A DNA stretch of 28,072 nucleotides from contig JANMKN010000254.1 of the NCBI GenBank assembly GCA_031372065.1, forward strand, positions 1-28,072, read 5' to 3'. The notes under the pieces were generated by a model. That model saw only the letters and a program-made list of their open reading frames with translations, was not told where the DNA came from and did no database searches. Each line of letters begins with the position of its first letter. The stretch's first letter is position 1. The position numbers and the translations under genes were made by a program. Of the stretch, positions 14,309 through 22,499 are shown one piece after another. Source of the stretch: Abditibacteriaceae bacterium. GTDB taxonomy: Bacteria > Armatimonadota > Abditibacteriia > Abditibacteriales > Abditibacteriaceae.

Positions 14309-14347
14309 AAAAAGGTTAATGAAGAAAATTTCCTCATTAACCTTTTT
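14309..14347. terminator. Hairpin / bidirectional terminator-like element
   Basis: AAAAAGGTTAATGA ... TCATTAACCTTTTT form a 14-bp inverted repeat. Confidence 0.65.
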
Positions 14348-14370
14348 GCGAACCATGCGGAAACAAGTTC

Positions 14371-14598
14371 TAAGAATCAGTTTGAAAAGTCTTATTCGAG
14401 GCGAAAAAGAGGCATTTTGTCATCCTGAGTCATGTTACGCAGTGCGCTTATGGTAGGCACTGGAAAGAGCGACGAAGTCGCTCTTTCCTTTAACACAAAT
14501 CAACCGCGTAAGATGTCATCCTGAGCTTGCGAAGGATGACATCTCTTCTGTTTTTTGCTCAATTCTCATACTTTTGAGACTTTTCAAACTGATTCTTA
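14371..14598. mobile_element. MITE-like non-autonomous element (228 bp) with nested palindromic elements
   Basis: Perfect 22-bp terminal inverted repeats TAAGAATCAGTTTGAAAAGTCT (14371-14392) and AGACTTTTCAAACTGATTCTTA (14577-14598). No transposase. Internal hairpins at 14462-14488 and 14511-14544. Confidence 0.82.
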
Positions 14599-17256
14599 CA
14601 AGGCCGCTGCGGTGGCTTGGGCGCTGAGAACGCGGTCAATGCGCATTTGCGATTGATCGAGATGCAAGCGCGTGTAAGCATCCAGTTCGCTTTTGCGCGC
14701 TTCGGCGATTTTTGCTTTCAAGCGGCGCAAAGTGTCCCACGCCAGCATTCTCGTGTCGGAATCGCCGCGCTGCGAGGCCAGATTTATCAGCAAATCAACG
14801 TGCGAACGCTGCAAATCGCGATGCAGCGGGCTGATGCTGATTTCGGTTTTCTTGTCCAACTCCGACCAAATGGTGCCTTGCACGCTGCGGAATAGTTCCA
14901 GCAACGTCAGGCCTTCTTTGAACGGCATTTTGAATTCATTTTCTTCCATACGTTCAAGGCGCGAAGGGTCGAAAACGGTTGCTAAAACGCTGCTTTGCAA
15001 GTTGGAAATTTGGGAGCGAACCGGAAACGCCATGCGAGCGCGCATATCGCCAAATTCATACGGATCGGGCGCCATTTTTTGATAATAATCCGCCGGAATG
15101 TTGAAAGCATCGGCGGCGAAAACGTATTTGTTAATCAAATTCAAGGCGCGCCGTTGTTCGCTGGCCGCCACAGGTTTCAACTGCGGTTTTTCACCGATTT
15201 CGCCGCGCGTGTTGCGCACTGCGTTAAGGCCGCCAATGTAGCGTGCCGCCTGCGCCGCGCGTCCGCCGTTGCCGCCGATTAAACGGTAAAGACTGTTGGT
15301 GAACTCGCTGTAATCCTCGCCCTTTTTTGGCAAGCGCTCGCCCAAAGTGGAAATTAATTCCTGGTTGAGTTGGAACGACTTTTCCATGTAATCCAGCGGG
15401 TCGCGTCCCAAATCGTAGCGCACGATGCTGGGGTCGTAATTGTCGGCCAATTCGTCGCTTTGATAGGCCAAACCCGGCTCGTTGCAACGCGCGGCGATGC
15501 TTTTAAGGGCCGGTTTTTCGGCTTCGGGCGTTTTTTCGCCGGTTGACTTGTAACCGTATTCAATCGCCCACATATCGTAGGGGCCGATTGTCGTCGAAAA
15601 CAAATCCACGCCTTGTTTTTTCAAGCCGTAAAGGTTGAAGCCGGTGTAATCCATCACCGAAGCGGTCAGACCAGTGCCGGCGATGTTTTTCTCGTCGCCC
15701 AATTGGTTGGCATCGTAAAGCGTGCTGGCGATAAAGTTGTGGCGCAAACCCAAACAATGGCCGAATTCATGGGCGATGAGAACGCGCAATTGATTGTTGG
15801 CGAACTCAGTTTCGTCCACGCTGACGCGGCCCGCTGTGCCGATTTGCGCGGCTTGCAGCATTTCCAAAGCCTGCCAGCCCGTCCATGCTTGTTCCATCAA
15901 ACCTTCGCCGTAATCGCAGGAAGTGACGCTGCTATTTGTCGCACTCGCTTTGGGATTGATGGCCGGATTGACGGTTTCTTTGGCCTGAGTGCGTGCAAAA
16001 CGCATCCAGTTGGAGTTGCAGTTGATGTTGGCGCTGATAATCTCGCCAGTCAGCGGGTTTTCACGCATCAAAGCCACAGCCATCGCGCTGTAGGAAGACG
16101 GCGGCGTGGTCACCCAGCGCAGCACGTTGTAACGCAAATCGGCGTGATCCCAATCGGCATCGTCCGGCATTTGCTTAACGACAACGGCATCCTTGAAACC
16201 AATGCGCTCGAAGGCTTTGTTCCACAACAACATCCCCTCGGCAGCGGCGCCGCGATATTCTTTGGGCCATGCTTTGTCAATCCAGAAGACAATCGGCTTT
16301 TTGGGCAGCGAAAGAGCCGCTGAAGGCTCGGTTTTTTCCAGTTTCCAGCGATTAATATAAACCACGCGCGGGTCGTTTTTGGAATCGTCATCGAAAGTGT
16401 CGAAACCGGCGCGGCCCGCCGATAAAGAACCGTTCACGAAAAAGCCGACACGCGCATCGGCCAGACGCGGCACATAACCATTTTCCGGCACCGCAAAGAG
16501 GTTTAAATCCACTTTCAGCGGCGCGCTTTTCGAGCCGCCCGTTTTGGAACTGGTGTTGTAATTGACCTGAATCACCAAGTTTTCCGGCAGGTTTTTGATG
16601 GATTCGATGTAGCTTTTGCCGCCATCAATGCTGAAACCAAGATCATTGGTATCGAACAGTTTTCCGGCGCCCGGCATATTGCTGCGAAAGAAATCGCTGA
16701 CATCAACCAGAAACGATTTGCGCTCTTCCTGTTTGGCGGCGATAGCGAAAACTTCAACTGTGGTATCGGGAAATTCGCGCGCCACAGCCGCTGCTTGCGC
16801 CGAATCTTTTTTGACGCGATAAGTCAAATTCGGCGAAACGAGCAGCAAGCGCTCATCGGGCGTTTTGTCCCATTTTAAAACCACATCTTCCAATGGCGAA
16901 CCAGCATTGACGCGCCCATTGCCGCTGCTGGCAGTCATCTGCAAAATATACAGCTTGCCGAACTGATCTTCGGTCAGTTCGAGCATCAGTTTTTGCTTGT
17001 TGCCGTCCAATTTGCGATAAAGCGTGAAAACGCCGGGCAATTTTTCCCAATCTTTGACGGTTTCGTCAATGTTTTTGGGTTTATCCTTCTTTTCGTCTTT
17101 CTTATCGTCCTTTTTGTCGTCTTTGGGCGCCTCTTTGGTGTCTTTGGCATCCTTAGGCGCTTCTTTGGCCGGTTCTTTCGGCGGATCTTTGGGGGCGTCT
17201 TCGGCGCAAAGCGGCGCCACAACCAGCAACAAGGCCAGCAGATAAGTCAACTTCAT
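14596..17256 (-). CDS. Exported zinc-dependent metalloprotease (EcxA-like, DUF5118/DUF5117/DUF4953 architecture)
   Basis: Signal peptide, PRLADARVGFF, YINRWKLE, KPIVFWID, NPLTGEI, metzincin motif HEFGHCLGLRHNF, Met-turn SVMDY, GPYDMWAIEYGY. Confidence 0.93.
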   Translation of the reverse strand: MKLTYLLALLLVVAPLCAEDAPKDPPKEPAKEAPKDAKDTKEAPKDDKKDDKKDEKKDKPKNIDETVKDWEKLPGVFTLYRKLDGNKQKLMLELTEDQFGKLYILQMTASSGNGRVNAGSPLEDVVLKWDKTPDERLLLVSPNLTYRVKKDSAQAAAVAREFPDTTVEVFAIAAKQEERKSFLVDVSDFFRSNMPGAGKLFDTNDLGFSIDGGKSYIESIKNLPENLVIQVNYNTSSKTGGSKSAPLKVDLNLFAVPENGYVPRLADARVGFFVNGSLSAGRAGFDTFDDDSKNDPRVVYINRWKLEKTEPSAALSLPKKPIVFWIDKAWPKEYRGAAAEGMLLWNKAFERIGFKDAVVVKQMPDDADWDHADLRYNVLRWVTTPPSSYSAMAVALMRENPLTGEIISANINCNSNWMRFARTQAKETVNPAINPKASATNSSVTSCDYGEGLMEQAWTGWQALEMLQAAQIGTAGRVSVDETEFANNQLRVLIAHEFGHCLGLRHNFIASTLYDANQLGDEKNIAGTGLTASVMDYTGFNLYGLKKQGVDLFSTTIGPYDMWAIEYGYKSTGEKTPEAEKPALKSIAARCNEPGLAYQSDELADNYDPSIVRYDLGRDPLDYMEKSFQLNQELISTLGERLPKKGEDYSEFTNSLYRLIGGNGGRAAQAARYIGGLNAVRNTRGEIGEKPQLKPVAASEQRRALNLINKYVFAADAFNIPADYYQKMAPDPYEFGDMRARMAFPVRSQISNLQSSVLATVFDPSRLERMEENEFKMPFKEGLTLLELFRSVQGTIWSELDKKTEISISPLHRDLQRSHVDLLINLASQRGDSDTRMLAWDTLRRLKAKIAEARKSELDAYTRLHLDQSQMRIDRVLSAQATAAAL

Positions 17257-17453
17257 AGAGGATTTTCCTTCGCAGCGGGGTTTTGAATTTACGGCAACTG
17301 TCCCGATGATTTTAGCAAATCACCGCTCGCTTTACATGGCAACACACAACGGTAAATTGACACGTTCGGTTCCGTTAAGATTTGGCATCTTGGTGGACGA
17401 TTAGCTGATGTGATAGGCGCTCGGCGCAGCGCCATTTCTACCCAAAAGCCTAA

Positions 17454-17579
17454 ACCACCGCCCTGCGCGGCCAAAGCGAAGCGCACAACCTCTTTGTAGA
17501 CGCTTATTTCAACGCCCGCAAAATCGGCGGTCACAGCAGCGATTCTACACCGGCCACCACAACCACGCCCAACGCGTGA
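17454..17579 (+). pseudogene. Possible orphan 3' gene remnant (…HNLFVDAYFNARKIGG…TTTTPNA*)
   Basis: A 41-codon start-less frame with host-like codons, preceded by an in-frame TAA and followed by a terminator hairpin. The family was not identified with certainty. Confidence 0.3.
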
Positions 17580-17599
17580 CCAAACATAAGGGGAAAAGC

Positions 17600-17635
17600 C
17601 AAATCAGCCACCAGAACATTCTGGCGGCTGATTTG
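17600..17635. terminator. Hairpin terminator downstream of the methyltransferase
   Basis: CAAATCAGCCACCAGAA / TTCTGGCGGCTGATTTG inverted repeat with one mismatch. Confidence 0.7.
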
Positions 17636-17675
17636 TTTGCTGTTAATGTCTGGTTCGACCTCGCAAAAAATCACA

Positions 17676-18869
17676 TTATGTGCTAATGGGAGAGTCCGTT
17701 CGGTCAGCAAATGACTGCGTATTTGGTTGGTGTGGGGAGGCTATTTTCTTAAACAAGGCGTCTCCGATAGTTTCTCCCAATAGCACAGGCACCGCATTTC
17801 CGATTTGTCTCATGGCTTCAGTCCATGCTCCCAGTATCTGGTAGTCGTCGGGGAAAGTTTGAATGCGTTTACCCTCGAAAACCGTGAAATAACGCACCGT
17901 TCCATCGTGAAACCGAATCATGTTTTCTCCGCCCGGAACACCATGATCACCGGCTTTTAGAGTTTTCGATGGAGAATCGTAGCTGCTTCCGTTATGGCCA
18001 GGATAAACGCGCGCCAAATCACGAAAGATATGGTCTACAATCCTATGCTTGGCGCGTGGATCGGGAACGTCCTTGAGTGCGTCGCGGATAGTGCGCCACG
18101 GCCTCAATTTTGGCTCGAAAAATCCTAATGTGTTCCTCAACTTGCTAACCTTCGCTCGTTGACCGTTGCAACAGATTTCGCGTTGTGCTTGCGGAACTTC
18201 ATGGGCATCCCAATACGAACCGGTAACGAATTTATCCCATAACAGTCGTTCTTCGCTGTGCGTTGGTAAGGGAAATTCCCAAACACTGTCCAAGTCAGAA
18301 CGTAGGCCAACAATCACGACACGTTCACGGCATTGCGGGACGCCGTAATCAGCGGCGTTCACCAAAGTGTGCTTGATTTTGTATTTAATGCCTCCATAGC
18401 GCTCATAATTTATTTTTTGAAGGGACTGAAAATGCTCTTCCCAAGTCGTCTTTAAAGTCGGGTGTGCGTCCGGAAACGTGAGCCGGAGAATGATATAGCG
18501 AAAATAATCGGAGAATGTTTCGCGCAATAGCCCTTTGACATTTTCAAAAACAAACGCCTTGGGAGAAAGAATTTCAATGGCGTTTATCGCGTAAGGAAAC
18601 ATATCACGGCTATCGTTGTTTGCGCCGTGTTTCCCGCCCAAAGAAAACGGCTGACACGGCGGGCCACCGGCAACGACATCAATGTTTGCAAGCTCATGAA
18701 AATCAAAATCTCGAATGTCGCCTTCAAAAACTTTATCTGGGTCGAAATTGCGGCGCAGCGACACGCAGGCATTTTCGTTCAATTCCACGAAAGCGCTATG
18801 GTCGAAGCCAGCGAGTTCGAGGCCTTTTGCCAAACCGCCTGCCCCCGAAAAAATCTCCAGAGTTTTCAC
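17676..18869 (-). CDS. DNA (cytosine-5)-methyltransferase, cognate MTase of the type II R-M pair
   Basis: Motif I FSGAGG, IV GGPPCQPFS, VI FENVKGL, VIII QCRERV, IX RIQTFPD, X QIGNAVP. Its GTG start overlaps the REase TGA (GTGA). Confidence 0.96.
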   Translation of the reverse strand: MKTLEIFSGAGGLAKGLELAGFDHSAFVELNENACVSLRRNFDPDKVFEGDIRDFDFHELANIDVVAGGPPCQPFSLGGKHGANNDSRDMFPYAINAIEILSPKAFVFENVKGLLRETFSDYFRYIILRLTFPDAHPTLKTTWEEHFQSLQKINYERYGGIKYKIKHTLVNAADYGVPQCRERVVIVGLRSDLDSVWEFPLPTHSEERLLWDKFVTGSYWDAHEVPQAQREICCNGQRAKVSKLRNTLGFFEPKLRPWRTIRDALKDVPDPRAKHRIVDHIFRDLARVYPGHNGSSYDSPSKTLKAGDHGVPGGENMIRFHDGTVRYFTVFEGKRIQTFPDDYQILGAWTEAMRQIGNAVPVLLGETIGDALFKKIASPHQPNTQSFADRTDSPIST

Positions 18870-19531
18870 TGTTTCACCGCAAGGTTGTCCAAATGGTTTT
18901 TAATGTTGGCTTCAATAGTATTTTGCGCGCGTGGCGTGCCTTTGCATTTCAAAGCCCATGACCTGCCGGGATGAATCACGTCCCAATCTGACCGCGCTTG
19001 TTCATACCGCCCCTTGCCCGGATCGTGATTGCCAAAGCCATCCAACGCTGAGTTCCATAAAGGTCTGTTCAATTTTATTAATGCAGCCTCAATCGTTCCA
19101 ATCATGTCAGAACCGGCGCCCTCGAAAATGACGAACCGGCACATGAAATCTTCAATAAAGAGGTTAGAGGTGCCATCAATGCTCCGACTGTGTTCGCGCA
19201 GGCGATTGCACAATTCGCGTGATTGATCCAGAGGATTGTCCGATGAGCGACTTTGCCGCCAGCCTCGCGGCACAGCTTTGCCAACATAAATCGCAGCAGT
19301 GTAGGATAACCGATTCAACTCGGCATATTTTGCGTAAAGCGGATTCTTGCCGATGTAATAGAGCGCATATACGCCTGTTCCCAAAAAGTTTTCCGGCGGC
19401 GGAAGCGTGTGAACAGGAGTTCCGTTGAAAAACCGAACTGCGTCTTTGATAAGCTCGACAAGGGCGTCGTTGCGATAAATGTGTTCGCTACGGTCAAAAG
19501 GTGTTTGTTGCATTTTTAGATAGTGCGCCAA
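18866..19531 (-). CDS. Eco29kI-family GIY-YIG type II restriction endonuclease
   Basis: GVYALYY...IYVGKA, RLREH, IEAALI, PLWN, GFGNHDPGKGR, SDWDVIHPGRSWA. ATG at 19513 is an alternative start. Confidence 0.93.
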   Translation of the reverse strand: MAHYLKMQQTPFDRSEHIYRNDALVELIKDAVRFFNGTPVHTLPPPENFLGTGVYALYYIGKNPLYAKYAELNRLSYTAAIYVGKAVPRGWRQSRSSDNPLDQSRELCNRLREHSRSIDGTSNLFIEDFMCRFVIFEGAGSDMIGTIEAALIKLNRPLWNSALDGFGNHDPGKGRYEQARSDWDVIHPGRSWALKCKGTPRAQNTIEANIKNHLDNLAVKQ

Positions 19532-19715
19532 TCTTTAAACAATTCAATCAGAAAAGCATTGAAAACGCAATTCGGTAAGTGTTGGAATTTTATCGTTAGC
19601 GTTAGTATGGGCGTAGAGATTTCGCTTCCGCTTACCGCGTCGCGCCGCGCGTGTAAAAATTAAAGCGCCGCTTTCATTTCACCGAGGATTTCAGCCACAC
19701 ATCAGGCAAAAAACC

Positions 19716-21710
19716 ATGCAAGAACTGAATTTTCGTCAGATTCATCTCGATTTTCACACCAGTGAAGCCATTCCCGGCATCGGTGCGGACTTTGACCCCG
19801 AAGAATTCGCCGCCACGCTCGACAAAGCGCGCGTGAATTCCGTTACGGCCTTTGCGCGCTGTCATCACGGCTACATTTATTACGATTCCAAAATTCATCC
19901 CGAACGCGTTCATCCACATTTGGAGCGCAAGAATTTGCTGCCCCAGCAAATCGAAGCGTGCCACAAGCGTGGCATTCGCGTGCCGATTTACACCACGGTG
20001 CAATGGGACGAATTTACCGCTGACCGCCAGCGCGATTGGCTGATGATTGATACCGAAGGCCGCGAATTTGGCACCAAGCCGTTCGAGGCCGGGTTTTATC
20101 GCAATCTCGATGTTTTTCATCCCGGCTACCGCCAATTTTTGTATGACCACGTCAAAGAACTTTTTGAAATGATGCCGGTGGACGGCCTATTCTTCGACAT
20201 CGTGCAAAACCGCCAATCGGTTGCCATGCATTGGCTGGACGCGATGGATAATCAGGGTTTCAATCCCGAAGACGACGGCGACCGCCAGCGTTTCGCGGCT
20301 AAAGTTCATGATGAATGGGCGCTGGAAATGACTGAATTTTGCCGCGAATTTTCCAAAGACTGCACACTGTTTTACAATTCGGGCCACGTCGGGCCGCGTC
20401 ATCGCGCGGCGCAGGCGGCGTATTCGCATTGGGAATTGGAATCGTTGCCGTCAGGCGGTTGGGGCTATTTGCATTTTCCGCAATCCATGCGTTATGCGCG
20501 CGGCTTAAACAAAGATTGCTTGGGCATGACCGGCAAGTTTCACACATCGTGGGGCGATTTTCACTCGTTCAAAAACCCGGCGGCTTTGCAGTTTGAATGC
20601 TTTCAAATGTTGGCTTTGGGCGCCAAATGTTCGGTTGGCGATCAATTGCATCCGTCCGGCAAAATTGACGAGGCAACGTATGATTTAATCGGCGGCGTTT
20701 ACCGCGAAGTGGAAGCCAAAGAAGCGTGGTGCAGGGGCGCCGAGCCGCTCAATGAAATCGGCGTTCTCACGCCCGAAGAATTTGTCATGCAACGCGCCGC
20801 TTTTAACGCCAAAAGCGACCGCGATGTGCCTTCGGTGATGGGCGCAGTGCGAATGCTGCAAGAATTGCGCTTGCAATTCGACATTCTCGATACAGAGCGC
20901 GATTTTGGCGCTTACAAACTCCTGGTTTTGCCCGACGAAGTGCCAGTTGACGATACTCTGGCCGAAAAACTGGAAAATTATCTGGCCGATGGCGGTTCTA
21001 TTATCGCCAGCTATCATTCGGGTTTGAATTTCGAGGGCACCCAATTTACCTCGAAGATGTGGGGCGTCACTTACAAAAATGATGCGCCGTTTTCGCCCGA
21101 TTTTCTTGTGCCGGGCGAATTGAACAACGGCTTACCCGATACCGGCCATGTGATGTATTTGCGTGGCTTGGAAGTGGAGCCGCACGAAGGTGCGCAGGTT
21201 TTATCTCACGTCGAAATTCCCTATTTCAACCGCACATGGCGCCATTTTTGTTCGCATCGCCACACGCCGTCCAGCGGCGAAAAAACGCATGCGGGCGCCG
21301 TAAAAAAAGGCCGCGTTATTTATTTTGCGCACCCGATTTTCGCGCAATATCAAAACAACGCGCCGCGCTGGTGCAAGCAACTCATCGCCAACGCCATTGA
21401 TTTGTTTCTGCCCGAAAAATTGCTGCATATCGAAGCGCCATCTTCGCTTTTGACAGCGCTTAACGAACAGCCGGCACAGGCGCGACGCGTTTTGCATCTG
21501 TTGCATTACATTCCCGAACGGCGCGGCCAAGCCTTTGATATTATCGAAGATATCATCCCGCTTTTCGATGTGCGCGTAAGCGTCATGGGCGAGGCAGGCA
21601 ACGTAAAACTTGTGCCCTCCGGCGAAGAATTGAAATTTCTCATCGAAGATGGCCGCACGCATTTCGTCGTGCCGAAAATTGAAGGCCACGCGATGATTGA
21701 AATTGCTTAA
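19716..21710 (+). CDS. GH151-like glycoside hydrolase (alpha-L-fucosidase/beta-galactosidase-related; GHL6 barrel + GH42 trimerisation-like domain), cytoplasmic
   Basis: FRQIHLDFHTS, FARCHHG, DGLFFDI, ELESLPSGGWGY, GMTGKFHTSWGDF, VGDQLHP, YKLLVLPD. No signal peptide. Confidence 0.82.
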   Translation: MQELNFRQIHLDFHTSEAIPGIGADFDPEEFAATLDKARVNSVTAFARCHHGYIYYDSKIHPERVHPHLERKNLLPQQIEACHKRGIRVPIYTTVQWDEFTADRQRDWLMIDTEGREFGTKPFEAGFYRNLDVFHPGYRQFLYDHVKELFEMMPVDGLFFDIVQNRQSVAMHWLDAMDNQGFNPEDDGDRQRFAAKVHDEWALEMTEFCREFSKDCTLFYNSGHVGPRHRAAQAAYSHWELESLPSGGWGYLHFPQSMRYARGLNKDCLGMTGKFHTSWGDFHSFKNPAALQFECFQMLALGAKCSVGDQLHPSGKIDEATYDLIGGVYREVEAKEAWCRGAEPLNEIGVLTPEEFVMQRAAFNAKSDRDVPSVMGAVRMLQELRLQFDILDTERDFGAYKLLVLPDEVPVDDTLAEKLENYLADGGSIIASYHSGLNFEGTQFTSKMWGVTYKNDAPFSPDFLVPGELNNGLPDTGHVMYLRGLEVEPHEGAQVLSHVEIPYFNRTWRHFCSHRHTPSSGEKTHAGAVKKGRVIYFAHPIFAQYQNNAPRWCKQLIANAIDLFLPEKLLHIEAPSSLLTALNEQPAQARRVLHLLHYIPERRGQAFDIIEDIIPLFDVRVSVMGEAGNVKLVPSGEELKFLIEDGRTHFVVPKIEGHAMIEIA

Positions 21711-21757
21711 AGCTGGGCTGTGTCACAATCGCTGCGTTTGAGAAGAAAAGAGAAGCT

Positions 21758-21938
21758 ATGACAAAGTTTTCCACCGGTGTTATCGAAAACCTGGGTTTTT
21801 ACGTTTATCTTTACGCAGACCCAGCAAACAGCGAAGTTTTTTATGTGGGCAAAGGCAGAGGCAATCGCGCCTTTGCTCATTTGGACATTGAAGATGAGGA
21901 TGACGAAACCGAATCTAAAAAATCGGCACGGATTCGAG
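21758..21938 (+). pseudogene. Truncated LEM-3-like GIY-YIG nuclease (N-terminal 60 aa only)
   Basis: FSTGVIENLGFYVYLYADP..SEVFYVGKGRGNRAFAHL...KKSARIR. The rest of the ORF, to 22213, reads as antisense of other ORFs and lacks the helix carrying the catalytic Glu. Confidence 0.75.
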
Positions 21939-22033
21939 CCCACCCACACGTTACCGTCCTGCACAACGTCAACGTTACAAGTCATAGTTCTTCCTGTCAT
22001 AGTTCTTCCTCGTTCTGTTCATCACGGCTTTTA

Positions 22034-22225
22034 TTACTTTCGCTTATAAACCGTCCATCGGAGAAAACGGAACTTATGGTAGAGTGCATCAACTTCGGGC
22101 GGTTCGCTGTCGATTCGCTCCAGCATCATCTGAGACGCAAAGCGATAGCCAAAGATAAAAAGCCCATCACGATCAATTCGGAGAAAACCAAAGTCAATTT
22201 TCAATTTTGCTAACCTTTCACGCAT
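22034..22225 (-). CDS. Small hypothetical protein (63 aa), phage-like
   Basis: AAGGAG RBS 7 nt before the ATG at 22225. The start overlaps the upstream ORF end (ATGCGTGA). Confidence 0.5.
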   Translation of the reverse strand: MRERLAKLKIDFGFLRIDRDGLFIFGYRFASQMMLERIDSEPPEVDALYHKFRFLRWTVYKRK

Positions 22226-22367
22226 CGTTTTGCTCCTTGCCATCAAGAAGTGAGGAATAGTCCTTTGGCACGTTTCCCCGAAAATCGTCTGCGGCTTCGG
22301 TCACCAAGGCTTCCATCGCTTTAGCACTGATGAAGAACAGGTGTAAGGCTACTTTATCAAAAGCCAT
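22218..22367 (-). CDS. Small hypothetical ORF or gene remnant (49 aa), phage-like
   Basis: MAFDKVALHLFFISAKAMEALVTEAADDFRGNVPKDYSSLLDGKEQNDA*. It ends in the KE..DA pattern typical of translationally coupled phage genes and falls below the ORF-track cutoff. Confidence 0.4.
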   Translation of the reverse strand: MAFDKVALHLFFISAKAMEALVTEAADDFRGNVPKDYSSLLDGKEQNDA

Positions 22368-22429
22368 TAATTTTTAGTTCAACTTGTAGATTCGACGTTG
22401 CTGAGAGCCGCACGCATTTGAAATTGCTT

Positions 22430-22496
22430 GATGTTCGTAAAAAAGGGAGGGCCAAAAAATCCTCATCTCATTTTGCCCTCCCTTTTCACGAACATC
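22430..22496. terminator. Long hairpin / terminator downstream of the Gfo/Idh/MocA gene
   Basis: GATGTTCGT..AAAAGGGAGGGC / GCCCTCCCTTTT..ACGAACATC inverted repeat, 4 nt after the stop. Confidence 0.75.
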
Positions 22497-22499
22497 CGT

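Noticed and set aside
14055..14456. 133-aa ORF with NDLAGPL heptads as a real gene
   Set aside because: It starts antisense inside the acyltransferase, has no RBS, and runs through a terminator hairpin and a MITE end.
17357..17381. TTGACA...TAAGAT promoter
   Set aside because: The spacer is only 13 bp and no intact gene lies downstream.
21758..22213. Intact 151-aa GIY-YIG nuclease
   Set aside because: Family-like sequence ends near residue 60, and the remainder is antisense read-through of other ORFs.
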